Sequence record: ON529857.1
Strand: one strand, 5' to 3'
Length of the DNA stretch: 64,000 bases
Shown here: in pieces, positions 19,073-27,420 of the stretch
Layout of the letters: every line of letters starts with the position of its first letter
Numbering within the stretch: position 1 is the stretch's first letter
Notes under the pieces: generated by a model
Told to the model about the DNA's origin: nothing
The model's input: the letters and a program-made list of their open reading frames with translations, nothing else
Database searches by the model: none
Translations under genes and position numbers: made by a program

Positions 19073-20608
19073 ATGACCCAACCCCCTTCGAAACTTCGCC
19101 TGGCGTCGATGATCAGCGCCGACCGCGTCAGCATCCTGTTGAACGGCCAATGGCGCGGCTTCCACCGCCATTCGCAACAGGGCGCCGCCCTGGCTGAACT
19201 GCTGCGGCAAGACCCCCAGCCGATCGACCAGATCGCGCAGCTGGCGGACGTCATCACTTGGGTCGCCAAGCAGTCCAACGGCCGGGTCACGGTCGATGAA
19301 CAGGATCGTCTGTATCTGGACAAGAAGCCGATCGACTATGGTCTGTCGGGCCGCGTGGCGCTGCTGATCGAACAGGGCATGTCGTTCAACGCCCTGGCGC
19401 GGTTCATCGAAAACGTGGCGGAAAATCCGGACAAGTCCGTCGCCGAAGACCTTTACCGATTCCTCGAAAAGGGCTCGATGCCGATTGATGAGGATGGCTA
19501 CTTCTTCGTCTTCAAGAAGGTCGATGAAGGCTACCGCTCCTACGCCAGCGGCGTGGAGCAGGTGCGCGTGACCTTGGCTAACGGCGAAGTGGTCGTGGAG
19601 AAGGGGCGCATCCTCTATCCGGTCGGCGGCGTGGTCGAGATGAATCGCGAGGACTGCGATCCCAACCGCCAACAAACCTGCTCGCGTGGTCTGCACGGCT
19701 GTTCGCCGAAATACCTGAACTTCTGGTATCGCCAGTCTGGTCGGGTCCTGGTCGGCCGCGTCAACCCCGCGCACGTCACCTCCATTCCGGCAGATCACGA
19801 CGATCAAAAGCTGCGCTGCTGCCGGATGGAGGTCCTGGCGGAGATCGACGAGGCGGAAGCCGCCGCCCACTTCCCGACCGCCGTGGAAGCGCGCTACGCC
19901 CCGACCTACCCGTCCTGGAACCTGTCGGACGCGGGGCGACTGGCAGGCGGTCCGCCGCTGGATGAGAAGGGCCGCAAGTTGGGATGGGTCAATCTCGCCG
20001 AGATCGACGCGGCTCCGAACATGGTCTGGGCCGCCCTGGAGCCGGAAGCGGTTCAAGATGATGAAGGTCATTTCGAGAAAGTCGACGGCCCGCTGGTTTT
20101 CGTGAAGATGGCGGACGAAGAAGAAGACGAGGCGCCGTTTGATCCGCGCCGGTGCGGCTACGATGAAGGGTTCACCTTCGGCCGACAGGACAAGGCGAAC
20201 GGCTATGATGCGGATTCGTCGATCCTGCGGGAGCCGGGGAACCTGACGGCGGACCAGCTGCTGGCCTATCGCGATGGTTACAGCGAAGGTTATGTGCGCG
20301 GCTACGGCGAACCCGCCGATGACATCTATGCGGATGGGGACGGCGAAGGGCGTTGGACCCTGGCGCGCGCGCTCCAGGTAGGCCGCGAAAACGGCGAGGC
20401 GGAAGGCATCAGCGACCATTCGGACGGGATTTACTACAACAATTCCTGGGATCGCGCCGACCCGCGTTCCAATCTGCACGACTGGTTGGTGAATTTCACT
20501 GGATCGGTCGAAGCGGCGGACGTTCATGCGTTCGCCTCGGCCTATGACCGCGCCTACCGGACGGCTTATCACACGGCCTGGTATGCGCAGGAAGACGGCG
20601 CCGCCTGA
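19073..20608 (+). CDS. rIIB: rIIB-like protein with an acidic C-terminal extension
   Basis: LYRFLEKGSMPIDEDGYFFVFKKV, CDPNRQQTCSRGLH, KLRCCRMEV. Confidence 0.85.
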   Translation: MTQPPSKLRLASMISADRVSILLNGQWRGFHRHSQQGAALAELLRQDPQPIDQIAQLADVITWVAKQSNGRVTVDEQDRLYLDKKPIDYGLSGRVALLIEQGMSFNALARFIENVAENPDKSVAEDLYRFLEKGSMPIDEDGYFFVFKKVDEGYRSYASGVEQVRVTLANGEVVVEKGRILYPVGGVVEMNREDCDPNRQQTCSRGLHGCSPKYLNFWYRQSGRVLVGRVNPAHVTSIPADHDDQKLRCCRMEVLAEIDEAEAAAHFPTAVEARYAPTYPSWNLSDAGRLAGGPPLDEKGRKLGWVNLAEIDAAPNMVWAALEPEAVQDDEGHFEKVDGPLVFVKMADEEEDEAPFDPRRCGYDEGFTFGRQDKANGYDADSSILREPGNLTADQLLAYRDGYSEGYVRGYGEPADDIYADGDGEGRWTLARALQVGRENGEAEGISDHSDGIYYNNSWDRADPRSNLHDWLVNFTGSVEAADVHAFASAYDRAYRTAYHTAWYAQEDGAA

Positions 20609-21027
20609 TGCCGGTCCTGTTCCAGACGATCATCAAGAGGACGGACCTGGTGCGCAATCGCGACGTCCTCTACGTCTTCGGCGACAACGTGCAGCGTCGC
20701 GGATTCGGGGGCCAGGCGCGAGAGATGCGCCGAGAACCCAATGCGGTCGGCATCGTCACCAAGCTGACGCCCGAGCTCTACTTCGGCGACACCCCGGAAG
20801 AGGTGGTGGCGCAGAACCGGATGATAGACGAAGACATGAAGCCCCTGTTCGCCAAGGTGAAGGCGGGCGGGGTGGTGGTCTGGCCGGCGGACGGCGTCGG
20901 CACCGGACTGGCGCAGCTGTCCGTCCGGGCGCCGCGCACGTTCGACTATCTCTCTCACAAGCTGGCGGCGCTTTTGAAGGCCGCCGATCTCTTCAATCAG
21001 GAGACGCCCGATGGCGCAGGTCACTGA
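20608..21027 (+). CDS. conserved phage hypothetical protein
   Basis: YVFGDN...GGQA...PNAVGIVTK motif, a pattern I recall from other phage proteins; function unknown. Confidence 0.75.
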   Translation: MPVLFQTIIKRTDLVRNRDVLYVFGDNVQRRGFGGQAREMRREPNAVGIVTKLTPELYFGDTPEEVVAQNRMIDEDMKPLFAKVKAGGVVVWPADGVGTGLAQLSVRAPRTFDYLSHKLAALLKAADLFNQETPDGAGH

Positions 21028-21310
21028 AGAACAAAGGGCGCATTACGGCCGCAGCGTCACCCGTGCGAAAGCGCTCCTGCGCCGTGGGGACAAGGTGCGT
21101 CTTACGATCTGCGGCGGAGGGGAGGCGACCTATGTGTTCGACTGCTGGGACGGAGAATGGATGATCTCCAAGTCCGGGATCGACGAGCTGCATCCCTACA
21201 ATGTTGTCAGACTGAACGGCAAGCCGCTCAGTTTCCGTGACGAACACCATCGTGTCGTTTCGGCGATGATCCTGGAACGCAAGGCGGAGGCGGCGCATGT
21301 CGAGGCCTGA
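21011..21310 (+). CDS. hypothetical protein
   Basis: GGAG RBS; operonic. Confidence 0.65.
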   Translation: MAQVTEEQRAHYGRSVTRAKALLRRGDKVRLTICGGGEATYVFDCWDGEWMISKSGIDELHPYNVVRLNGKPLSFRDEHHRVVSAMILERKAEAAHVEA

Positions 21311-21539
21311 GCCGGAAGAAAATCCGTTCGAATCGATCGCCACCGCCATCGCCTTCTCTCCGCACGACTGGTCGCAGCATCACCGGTTGGCTTGGATTTA
21401 CGGCATCGTCCATGGCTGGGAAGGCGAAGCCCTGGACGAAATGCGGAAGGACCACGGATGGGATGCCGCCACCGTCGCCCGGCTGCAACGCCTGCATGCC
21501 CGCTATCGTGAACTGTGCCGGAAAAGGCCTTACGAATGA
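21297..21539 (+). CDS. hypothetical protein
   Basis: GGAGG RBS; operonic. Confidence 0.65.
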   Translation: MSRPEPEENPFESIATAIAFSPHDWSQHHRLAWIYGIVHGWEGEALDEMRKDHGWDAATVARLQRLHARYRELCRKRPYE

Positions 21540-22024
21540 CCGTCACCACCTACACCTTCCGCGCCTACAAGGGTTCGGCGTCCTATACCTGCACCTGCCG
21601 TGAATGCGGCAAGGTCGTGAAGCGCACCGTCAGCACGGAGATGACCGTCAATCCGTTCAACAAGAACGAGGACGGCACGGTGCGCACGCCGGCCGAAGTG
21701 CAGCACCGGGCCTATGCCGAGGCGAAGGAACAGGCGCAGAAGCTGGAAGGGACCGACACCACTTGCCGTGAGTGCGTTGAGACACCGCGCCGGGAGCTGT
21801 TGCTGACGATGGCGGCGGAACCGGATCGGGTTTTCCCGAAGCCGGAGAAATACTGGAATTCGCCGATGCACTACCTGGCGGACCGCAAGCAGGTCAGCGA
21901 GGTCCATGAACGCTGCGAATGTCAGTCCGACTGCTGCTCCGGATGGAAGAAGAGTCCCGGCTTCCGAATCACCAAGGCGGGCTTGGAGCGCGCCGCTAAA
22001 TTCAGGGCGAAGGTCGCGGCGTGA
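21536..22024 (+). CDS. hypothetical zinc-finger protein
   Basis: CTCRECG, CRECVE and CECQSDCC. Confidence 0.7.
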   Translation: MTVTTYTFRAYKGSASYTCTCRECGKVVKRTVSTEMTVNPFNKNEDGTVRTPAEVQHRAYAEAKEQAQKLEGTDTTCRECVETPRRELLLTMAAEPDRVFPKPEKYWNSPMHYLADRKQVSEVHERCECQSDCCSGWKKSPGFRITKAGLERAAKFRAKVAA

Positions 22025-22347
22025 ACCACCTGATCTACGCTCTGACAGCGCCGGCGGATAAGACGGTGTTCGATCGGATCAGTTCGGCCCGGACTAACTT
22101 CTTGGCGTGGAGCGAGAGCCTGCGTGAGAAGAAGATCGACGTCGAACATATGGTCGCCACCTATCGACAGCTGCAACATGCCGAGGATAGGCTAGAGCAG
22201 GTCCATGCCCTCGGCGCAGAACCCAGCGACCGGCTATATCACGAACTGCGCGCAAAACGCATCTATTTCCGTGTGCTGCTGCTAGACCTATTGAACCAAG
22301 AAGACGCCTGGCTGGCGTCGGAAGACGCCAAGAGAAAGACCCGATGA
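22021..22347 (+). CDS. hypothetical protein
   Basis: GTGA overlap with the previous stop; 108 aa. Confidence 0.65.
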   Translation: MNHLIYALTAPADKTVFDRISSARTNFLAWSESLREKKIDVEHMVATYRQLQHAEDRLEQVHALGAEPSDRLYHELRAKRIYFRVLLLDLLNQEDAWLASEDAKRKTR

Positions 22348-22736
22348 CCGATACTCCCGAACGCGATCCCGATCCGCTGCGCCTCTACTGCATCATGTCG
22401 ATGGAGGCGGTGAAGAAGATGAACGGCTCGCGCGGCAAGCTGGGCACCCAGGCGGGTCATGCCTATCTTCACGCTTTCTGGAACGCCGCGAAGGACTTCC
22501 CGGAAGAGGCTGCCGCCTATTACGACAGTCCGGCCGCCTACAAGATCACGCTTCGCGTCGAGACCGACGAAGAGCTGCTGGCGATCTACGCCGCTCACGA
22601 AGACGTTTGCGGCCGCACCAAGGTCGAGGACGCCGGCTACACCGTCTTTGACGGCAAGACGCTGACCTGCATCGGCCTGGGGCCGATCCGTCGTTCCCAG
22701 CTGCGCGGCGGCGCCGGCGAACTGAAAGGGCTCTGA
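22344..22736 (+). CDS. peptidyl-tRNA hydrolase, Pth2 family
   Basis: GKLGTQAGHA, KITLRV...EEL, VEDAGYTVF...TLTCIGLGP. Confidence 0.85.
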   Translation: MTDTPERDPDPLRLYCIMSMEAVKKMNGSRGKLGTQAGHAYLHAFWNAAKDFPEEAAAYYDSPAAYKITLRVETDEELLAIYAAHEDVCGRTKVEDAGYTVFDGKTLTCIGLGPIRRSQLRGGAGELKGL

Positions 22737-22738
22737 GC

Positions 22739-23596
22739 ATGTCGTTCATCGCCCCCACTCTTCCGCTCGACGTTTACGGCGAGGCCAACATCCGCCTGGG
22801 CAAGATCGAGGCGGAGGAAAACGTAACCATCCTGTTCGCCGTTGAATCCGGTTCGCGCGCCTGGGGCTTCCCGTCGCCGGACAGCGACAACGACGTGCGC
22901 TTCTTCTACGTGCGGCCGTTGAGCCATTACCTGGGGTTGGACGCGCCGCGCGACGTGATCGAGCGTCCGATCGAAGAGCCCTGGGACCTGAACGGATGGG
23001 ACCTGGGCAAGGCTCTGCGTCTGCTGGTCAAGGGCAACGCCACCGCTATGGAATGGCTGTCGAGCCCGCTCATCTACCGCGAACACGGACCGTTCCCGGC
23101 TCGACTGCGCGACCTGATCAAACGTCACGCCTCGGCCGAAACCAGCGCGCGCCACTACTATGGCCTGGCGCAGCAATGCTACATGGGCGAGATCGCCAAT
23201 CGCCCCACGGCAGCGGAGAACGCCAGCAATCGCGATCTGGGGGTGATCGTCAAGGGTCTGACCACGGTTAACCTGAAGAAGTATCTCTATGCCGTGCGCG
23301 CCGCCATGTCGATCGCCTGGATCGCGCGTTACAAAGAGGTGCCGCCGATGACCATGCCGGCGCTGATGAGCCATGCCGTGGCGCCTGAGGACGTGGCGGC
23401 TGAGATCACCACCCTGCTGCGCCGCAAATCCACCATGGGCGAGTTCGGACACGGCGACCGGATCGCGGTTCTGGACGAATTTATCGAGGCGCAGCTCGCC
23501 TGGGTGAAGGCGCAAGGATTCGATCGCCTGCCGGTCAACGAAGCGCTGAAGGCGGAAGCCAATCAGATGCTGCTCGACGCCTTGGGGATCGGCTGA
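22739..23596 (+). CDS. Pol-beta-family nucleotidyltransferase (YcgL/RlaP-like)
   Basis: LFAVESGSRAWGFPSPDSDNDVRFFY, DLNGWDLGKALRLL.KGN, EWLSSPLIY, KKYLYAVR. Confidence 0.9.
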   Translation: MSFIAPTLPLDVYGEANIRLGKIEAEENVTILFAVESGSRAWGFPSPDSDNDVRFFYVRPLSHYLGLDAPRDVIERPIEEPWDLNGWDLGKALRLLVKGNATAMEWLSSPLIYREHGPFPARLRDLIKRHASAETSARHYYGLAQQCYMGEIANRPTAAENASNRDLGVIVKGLTTVNLKKYLYAVRAAMSIAWIARYKEVPPMTMPALMSHAVAPEDVAAEITTLLRRKSTMGEFGHGDRIAVLDEFIEAQLAWVKAQGFDRLPVNEALKAEANQMLLDALGIG

Positions 23597-23811
23597 TGCA
23601 CGCGATCTCGCTGCGAATCGTCCGCGTGGGCTACGCCGGTTTCCTGGTCGAACGTCGCCGGTGGTTCGGATGGCGAGCGGTCGCGGCGCGGAGCTCCTAC
23701 GACGCAGCCGTGGAAGAGGTCGAGCAGTTGATGCTCCTGCACAAACTCACCAACCCCGCGCTCAAGACGCCGAGAAGCGTCGTGCGCGCCGATTCAATGA
23801 GCACGTCGTGA
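23596..23811 (+). CDS. hypothetical protein
   Basis: Coupled small ORF. Confidence 0.55.
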   Translation: MHAISLRIVRVGYAGFLVERRRWFGWRAVAARSSYDAAVEEVEQLMLLHKLTNPALKTPRSVVRADSMSTS

Positions 23812-24059
23812 ACGCCCAATCGATCCATATCCTGGCGTTGCTGATTCTGCTGCCCGGCGCCATCGCCTCCGCCGCCTGGTTTGTCCTGGCGTGTCGATTT
23901 CGCGGCGGATTCGGCGTGACCTGGAGGAGCGTGGCCTTGTCCGGGGCCGCCTTCGTCTCCGTTACGGCGGCGCTCGTCTATGTCCTCTATCACCCGAACG
24001 CGCTACCGGCGCTGTTGGGCCACATCGCCATGCCGCCCAATCCCTTCCAGGTATCCTGA
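23808..24059 (+). CDS. hypothetical membrane protein
   Basis: Two transmembrane-like segments; GTGA overlap. Confidence 0.6.
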   Translation: MNAQSIHILALLILLPGAIASAAWFVLACRFRGGFGVTWRSVALSGAAFVSVTAALVYVLYHPNALPALLGHIAMPPNPFQVS

Positions 24060-24410
24060 ATGACTGTCGAGATCATCAAGGCTTTCGCGGCCTACGCCAC
24101 GACCGACGAATACGGCCGCCTCGGCGGCGTGCACGGTTTCTATAAATCCGACGCGGCCGCGAGCGTCGCGGCCAGAGGGATCGGGTGGTGGGGTGGTGAT
24201 GGGCGCGTTGTCCCTTACACCCTCATTGTGGTCGACGGTCGGTGCTACCCCGTCGCCTCTGGGTACGAAGAGGGTTTCAATGCGGCGCTTCTCGATAAGA
24301 ACATGATCGAAGAGGCCCAAAAAACCAGAGCGGGGGCCTGGAGGAAAATCCAGGAGACGCTGACGCCGGAAGAGATCGAAGAACTCGGCCTGAAGGAGCC
24401 CAAGCAATGA
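24060..24410 (+). CDS. hypothetical protein
   Basis: 116 aa; operonic. Confidence 0.65.
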   Translation: MTVEIIKAFAAYATTDEYGRLGGVHGFYKSDAAASVAARGIGWWGGDGRVVPYTLIVVDGRCYPVASGYEEGFNAALLDKNMIEEAQKTRAGAWRKIQETLTPEEIEELGLKEPKQ

Positions 24411-24772
24411 CCCAACCTCTGCTGCTGATCGTCGAGGAAACCGTTCAACGCGTCTATGAGCTGGACGGGGAAAACCCGCATCATGCCGCGCTGGTTCAAC
24501 GGGTGATCAATGCGCCGCTGGAGCGGGAGCGTCTGCCCTACGAGCCCAAGCCGAAGCTTCCGCCTCGGCTGGGAAAGCGCGCGACGAAGGGGAACCCGGC
24601 GCCCGTGATCGGCGCCCCTAACGCCAAGGGCGCGTTCGAGGCGCTCGATCCGGTGGAGGCGCACGCGGTAAACTCCATGATGACCCTGCTGCATCTCGAT
24701 GAGGGCGGCAAGCCCTTCTACCAGTTCAAGGTCAAACGCACGACCGTGGAGCGAGGGCCTGTCAAGTCGTGA
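24407..24772 (+). CDS. hypothetical protein
   Basis: AAGGAG RBS; ATGA overlap. Confidence 0.7.
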   Translation: MTQPLLLIVEETVQRVYELDGENPHHAALVQRVINAPLERERLPYEPKPKLPPRLGKRATKGNPAPVIGAPNAKGAFEALDPVEAHAVNSMMTLLHLDEGGKPFYQFKVKRTTVERGPVKS

Positions 24773-25017
24773 CGCCGTTTCCCTATGGCGTCGAAGGGCT
24801 GTCGACGGGTCAGCGTGGGCTCGTGGTTCACATTGACCAACCGTGGCTGAAAGAATCGGTCCGACGCGCCCTGGCCCATGCGGAGGCGGAGTTCGCCGGC
24901 ATGGCGCGACCGCAACATTCCAATACCCCCTATCACACGCGGTGGTCGTCTCTGCGTCACGACCTGCGCATCCTCCAGGAGACCATGACTTGGCTCGAAA
25001 CCCTTCCGACTCGTTGA
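24769..25017 (+). CDS. hypothetical protein
   Basis: 82 aa; GTGA overlap. Confidence 0.6.
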   Translation: MTPFPYGVEGLSTGQRGLVVHIDQPWLKESVRRALAHAEAEFAGMARPQHSNTPYHTRWSSLRHDLRILQETMTWLETLPTR

Positions 25018-25304
25018 TGACGGTGGTCGGCATCCCGAACGCCGCCTACGAATCGACTCTCGTGATGCGAACCCAAGGGGCGCACTACGCCCAGGCGGTG
25101 CAGCACCTTCTTGACGAAACCGCGTTCGACTTGATGGACGATCTCGACGACGACGAGGCGGACGATCCCCAGGCGCAGGCGGAGGTTGAGCGAGACGCCT
25201 TTCACCGCGCCTGCGACCATTACAAGTCGATCACGGTCTACGCCGGGCATCCGCCGGCCGAAAGCGACGACGTGTCGAAGCTGGTGAAGATTCACGAGGA
25301 GTGA
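25017..25304 (+). CDS. hypothetical acidic protein
   Basis: ATG coupled to the previous TGA. Confidence 0.6.
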   Translation: MTVVGIPNAAYESTLVMRTQGAHYAQAVQHLLDETAFDLMDDLDDDEADDPQAQAEVERDAFHRACDHYKSITVYAGHPPAESDDVSKLVKIHEE

Positions 25305-25308
25305 CGCC

Positions 25309-25509
25309 ATGACTTTTGCGACGCGCCGCATCGTCAGAGACCCCAAAGGCTTCGTGGTTGAACGTCGGTCGTGGCTGTGGCCGTTCTGGACCCGCCGCAA
25401 GTCCGAGGTGAGCTACGGCAATGAGGCTGCGGCAAGGTGTGTGGTCGACGCTGAACTCGCGGTCGATGCCTACATCCGACGCGATCCCCTGGAGGTCTGG
25501 CGTGGTTGA
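25309..25509 (+). CDS. hypothetical protein
   Basis: GAGGAG RBS; resembles the 23596-23811 ORF (IVR..GF.VERR.W). Confidence 0.6.
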   Translation: MTFATRRIVRDPKGFVVERRSWLWPFWTRRKSEVSYGNEAAARCVVDAELAVDAYIRRDPLEVWRG

Positions 25510-25717
25510 ACCGCTGACGCCGTCCGAAATCGAAGAAGGCTGGATCGCGGAGCCTTGCGGCTGCGCCTACCATCCTGGGTCCAATGTCGAGCGCTATATC
25601 GGTGACGGCATGACCATCGTCAGCGAGGGTTTTCGTAAGCGTCATTGTCAGGCGCATCTTGATGAGATCATGGTAGATCGCGCGGCGCTGCGTGAACGCC
25701 TGTTCGGCGCCGACTGA
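25502..25717 (+). CDS. hypothetical protein
   Basis: GGAGG RBS before GTG; CGCAYH...HC. Confidence 0.55.
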   Translation: MVEPLTPSEIEEGWIAEPCGCAYHPGSNVERYIGDGMTIVSEGFRKRHCQAHLDEIMVDRAALRERLFGAD

Positions 25718-26187
25718 TGGCGACGTATGACATCGGCTCCTGGAAGCCCTACCCTTCCTGCGCGCTGTCCAACTTCGCCGCACATTCGTTTGTGTTCGAC
25801 GGGGTCTCGTGTCGGTCGATGGAGGGCTTGGTCCAGGCGTTCAAGTTTGATGAGTCCTACAAGCAGGTCCAGGCCTGCGCCCTGACCGGGGAGGATGCGA
25901 AGAATTTCGGACGCCGGCGAAACCTGCACTGGCAGCGCGGTCAGACCCTGTGGTGGAAGGGGAAGGTCTATGATCGTCATGGCCCGGAATACCAGAAGCT
26001 TCTGGACCGCGCCTTCGACGCCTTGGCGACCAATGCGAACTTCCGCCGGGCGCTGATCGACACGGGCGTCGACATGCTGACCCACTCGATCGGATCGCGT
26101 GATCCCTATGAAACCGTCTTGACCGAAGCGGAACTCTGCCTGCGGCTGATGAGCCTCCGCGAGCGAATCCATCAGTGGCTCATTTGA
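25717..26187 (+). CDS. NADAR-superfamily protein (T4 gp30.3-like)
   Basis: LSNFAAHSFVFDG...SMEGLVQAFKF, QTLWWKG, YQKLLDRAF, FRRALIDTG..LTHSIG. Confidence 0.82.
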   Translation: MATYDIGSWKPYPSCALSNFAAHSFVFDGVSCRSMEGLVQAFKFDESYKQVQACALTGEDAKNFGRRRNLHWQRGQTLWWKGKVYDRHGPEYQKLLDRAFDALATNANFRRALIDTGVDMLTHSIGSRDPYETVLTEAELCLRLMSLRERIHQWLI

Positions 26188-26208
26188 CGGGAAATCCGAC
26201 AAATCAGG

Positions 26209-26237
26209 TTGACATTTCTGACAGGACGCGCTTAAAA
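26209..26237 (+). promoter_or_regulatory. sigma70-type promoter
   Basis: TTGACA-17-TTAAAA. Confidence 0.55.
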
Positions 26238-26262
26238 GGGCCTCCGCATTTAAGGGCGCCCC

Positions 26263-26520
26263 ATGACTGAAGAAGCCTGCATCTACCTGACGGCGCCCGA
26301 AGAGCACCTGGAACGATCCTCTTTGACCGGCCAATGGCGTCCTGTCGTGGAGCCGGAGCGGTTTCTCTGCGCCTGGGCCACCTACCATCCGGATTCCATC
26401 GCCGCCTTGCAGAATGCGCCGCCCTGGCTGGTGACGAACGCCCTGGCGGGACATCTCGTCCGCCGCGAGAAGGACTGCCCCCGGTGCCCCTTTTACAAAG
26501 CGGGAGACCCGGTGGAATGA
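26263..26520 (+). CDS. hypothetical Cys-rich protein
   Basis: 85 aa with C-terminal CPRCPFY. Confidence 0.65.
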   Translation: MTEEACIYLTAPEEHLERSSLTGQWRPVVEPERFLCAWATYHPDSIAALQNAPPWLVTNALAGHLVRREKDCPRCPFYKAGDPVE

Positions 26521-26825
26521 CGCACCCCGTCGATCTTGGCGATCTTCTCGACGCCTACGCTATCACGGGGCGGGGTTTCATCGTCGCGGTCACCTCGCCG
26601 CAGGACCCGCCGGCGGCCTGGCCCGGCCTCAGGATCGCCTTCAACACCCGCACCGGACGTCGAACGGCGACCGTCCTGGGCGAGGAACGCATCCATTCCT
26701 GCCTGAAACCGCGCGCGCAGAACGACATCGTCTATCTCTTCGTGACGATCGACGGGATCGAAGCCAAGGACGTGGTCCGGGATATGGTTGTCCATAATCC
26801 TGACACTACCGGCCATTTTTCTTGA
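26517..26825 (+). CDS. hypothetical protein
   Basis: ATGA overlap; 102 aa. Confidence 0.6.
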   Translation: MTHPVDLGDLLDAYAITGRGFIVAVTSPQDPPAAWPGLRIAFNTRTGRRTATVLGEERIHSCLKPRAQNDIVYLFVTIDGIEAKDVVRDMVVHNPDTTGHFS

Positions 26826-26870
26826 CTTTTTGACCCGTTAACCCTATTCCTTGAGGAATTATTTCCTCAG
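26822..26870 (+). promoter_or_regulatory. promoter with a leader hairpin
   Basis: TTGACT-17-TATTCC, then TGAGGAA-TTAT-TTCCTCA. Confidence 0.5.
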
Positions 26871-26879
26871 GATTATGCC

Positions 26880-27416
26880 ATGCACCTGGTCATGTCGCCC
26901 GTCATTGACGGCGCGCTCCAGAGCGCCATTTCACGCGCGCCCTCCCCCTACACCTCTGATGACATCGTCACCGTGACCGACCGGCCCGAAGGCGCCTATG
27001 TCCGCCTGGTTTACCGCAACGGCTCCGTCACCACTCACGCCGATGAGAGCGCCGCGCCCCTGTCGTTGAACCAGGACCATCGCCTCTTGAGGGCGACGGA
27101 GACCATTTGGGAGCGCTTTGCCGATGCTTGCGAGACGGACGCGCCGGGCCAGAACGTGCATCTGATCGGCGTCGTCGACCGCGCCGGCGCCTTCTACGCT
27201 GAAGACGTCTACATCGGCGGGTTCCTGGACGAACGGGAGAAGGACATCGCCTGCATCGCCTTCGGGGTTGAGCGGGTCGAGGTGCTGTTCGAGGGATTCT
27301 GGGACGACGATCTGATGGCGCACTTCGCCGGCGGACGGACCGCGATCGCCTATTTGACCGAGGCGGACGACCTGCGTCCCCGCGCCGTCTACCTGAGCGC
27401 GGAGGCCGCCGGCTAA
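26880..27416 (+). CDS. hypothetical protein, probable degenerate RNA-ligase fold
   Basis: VTVTDRPEGAYVRL aligns by eye with ligase motif I (TEKxDG); AFYAEDV and FGVERVEVLFEG resemble later Rnl motifs. Confidence 0.55.
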   Translation: MHLVMSPVIDGALQSAISRAPSPYTSDDIVTVTDRPEGAYVRLVYRNGSVTTHADESAAPLSLNQDHRLLRATETIWERFADACETDAPGQNVHLIGVVDRAGAFYAEDVYIGGFLDEREKDIACIAFGVERVEVLFEGFWDDDLMAHFAGGRTAIAYLTEADDLRPRAVYLSAEAAG

Positions 27417-27420
27417 AGCC

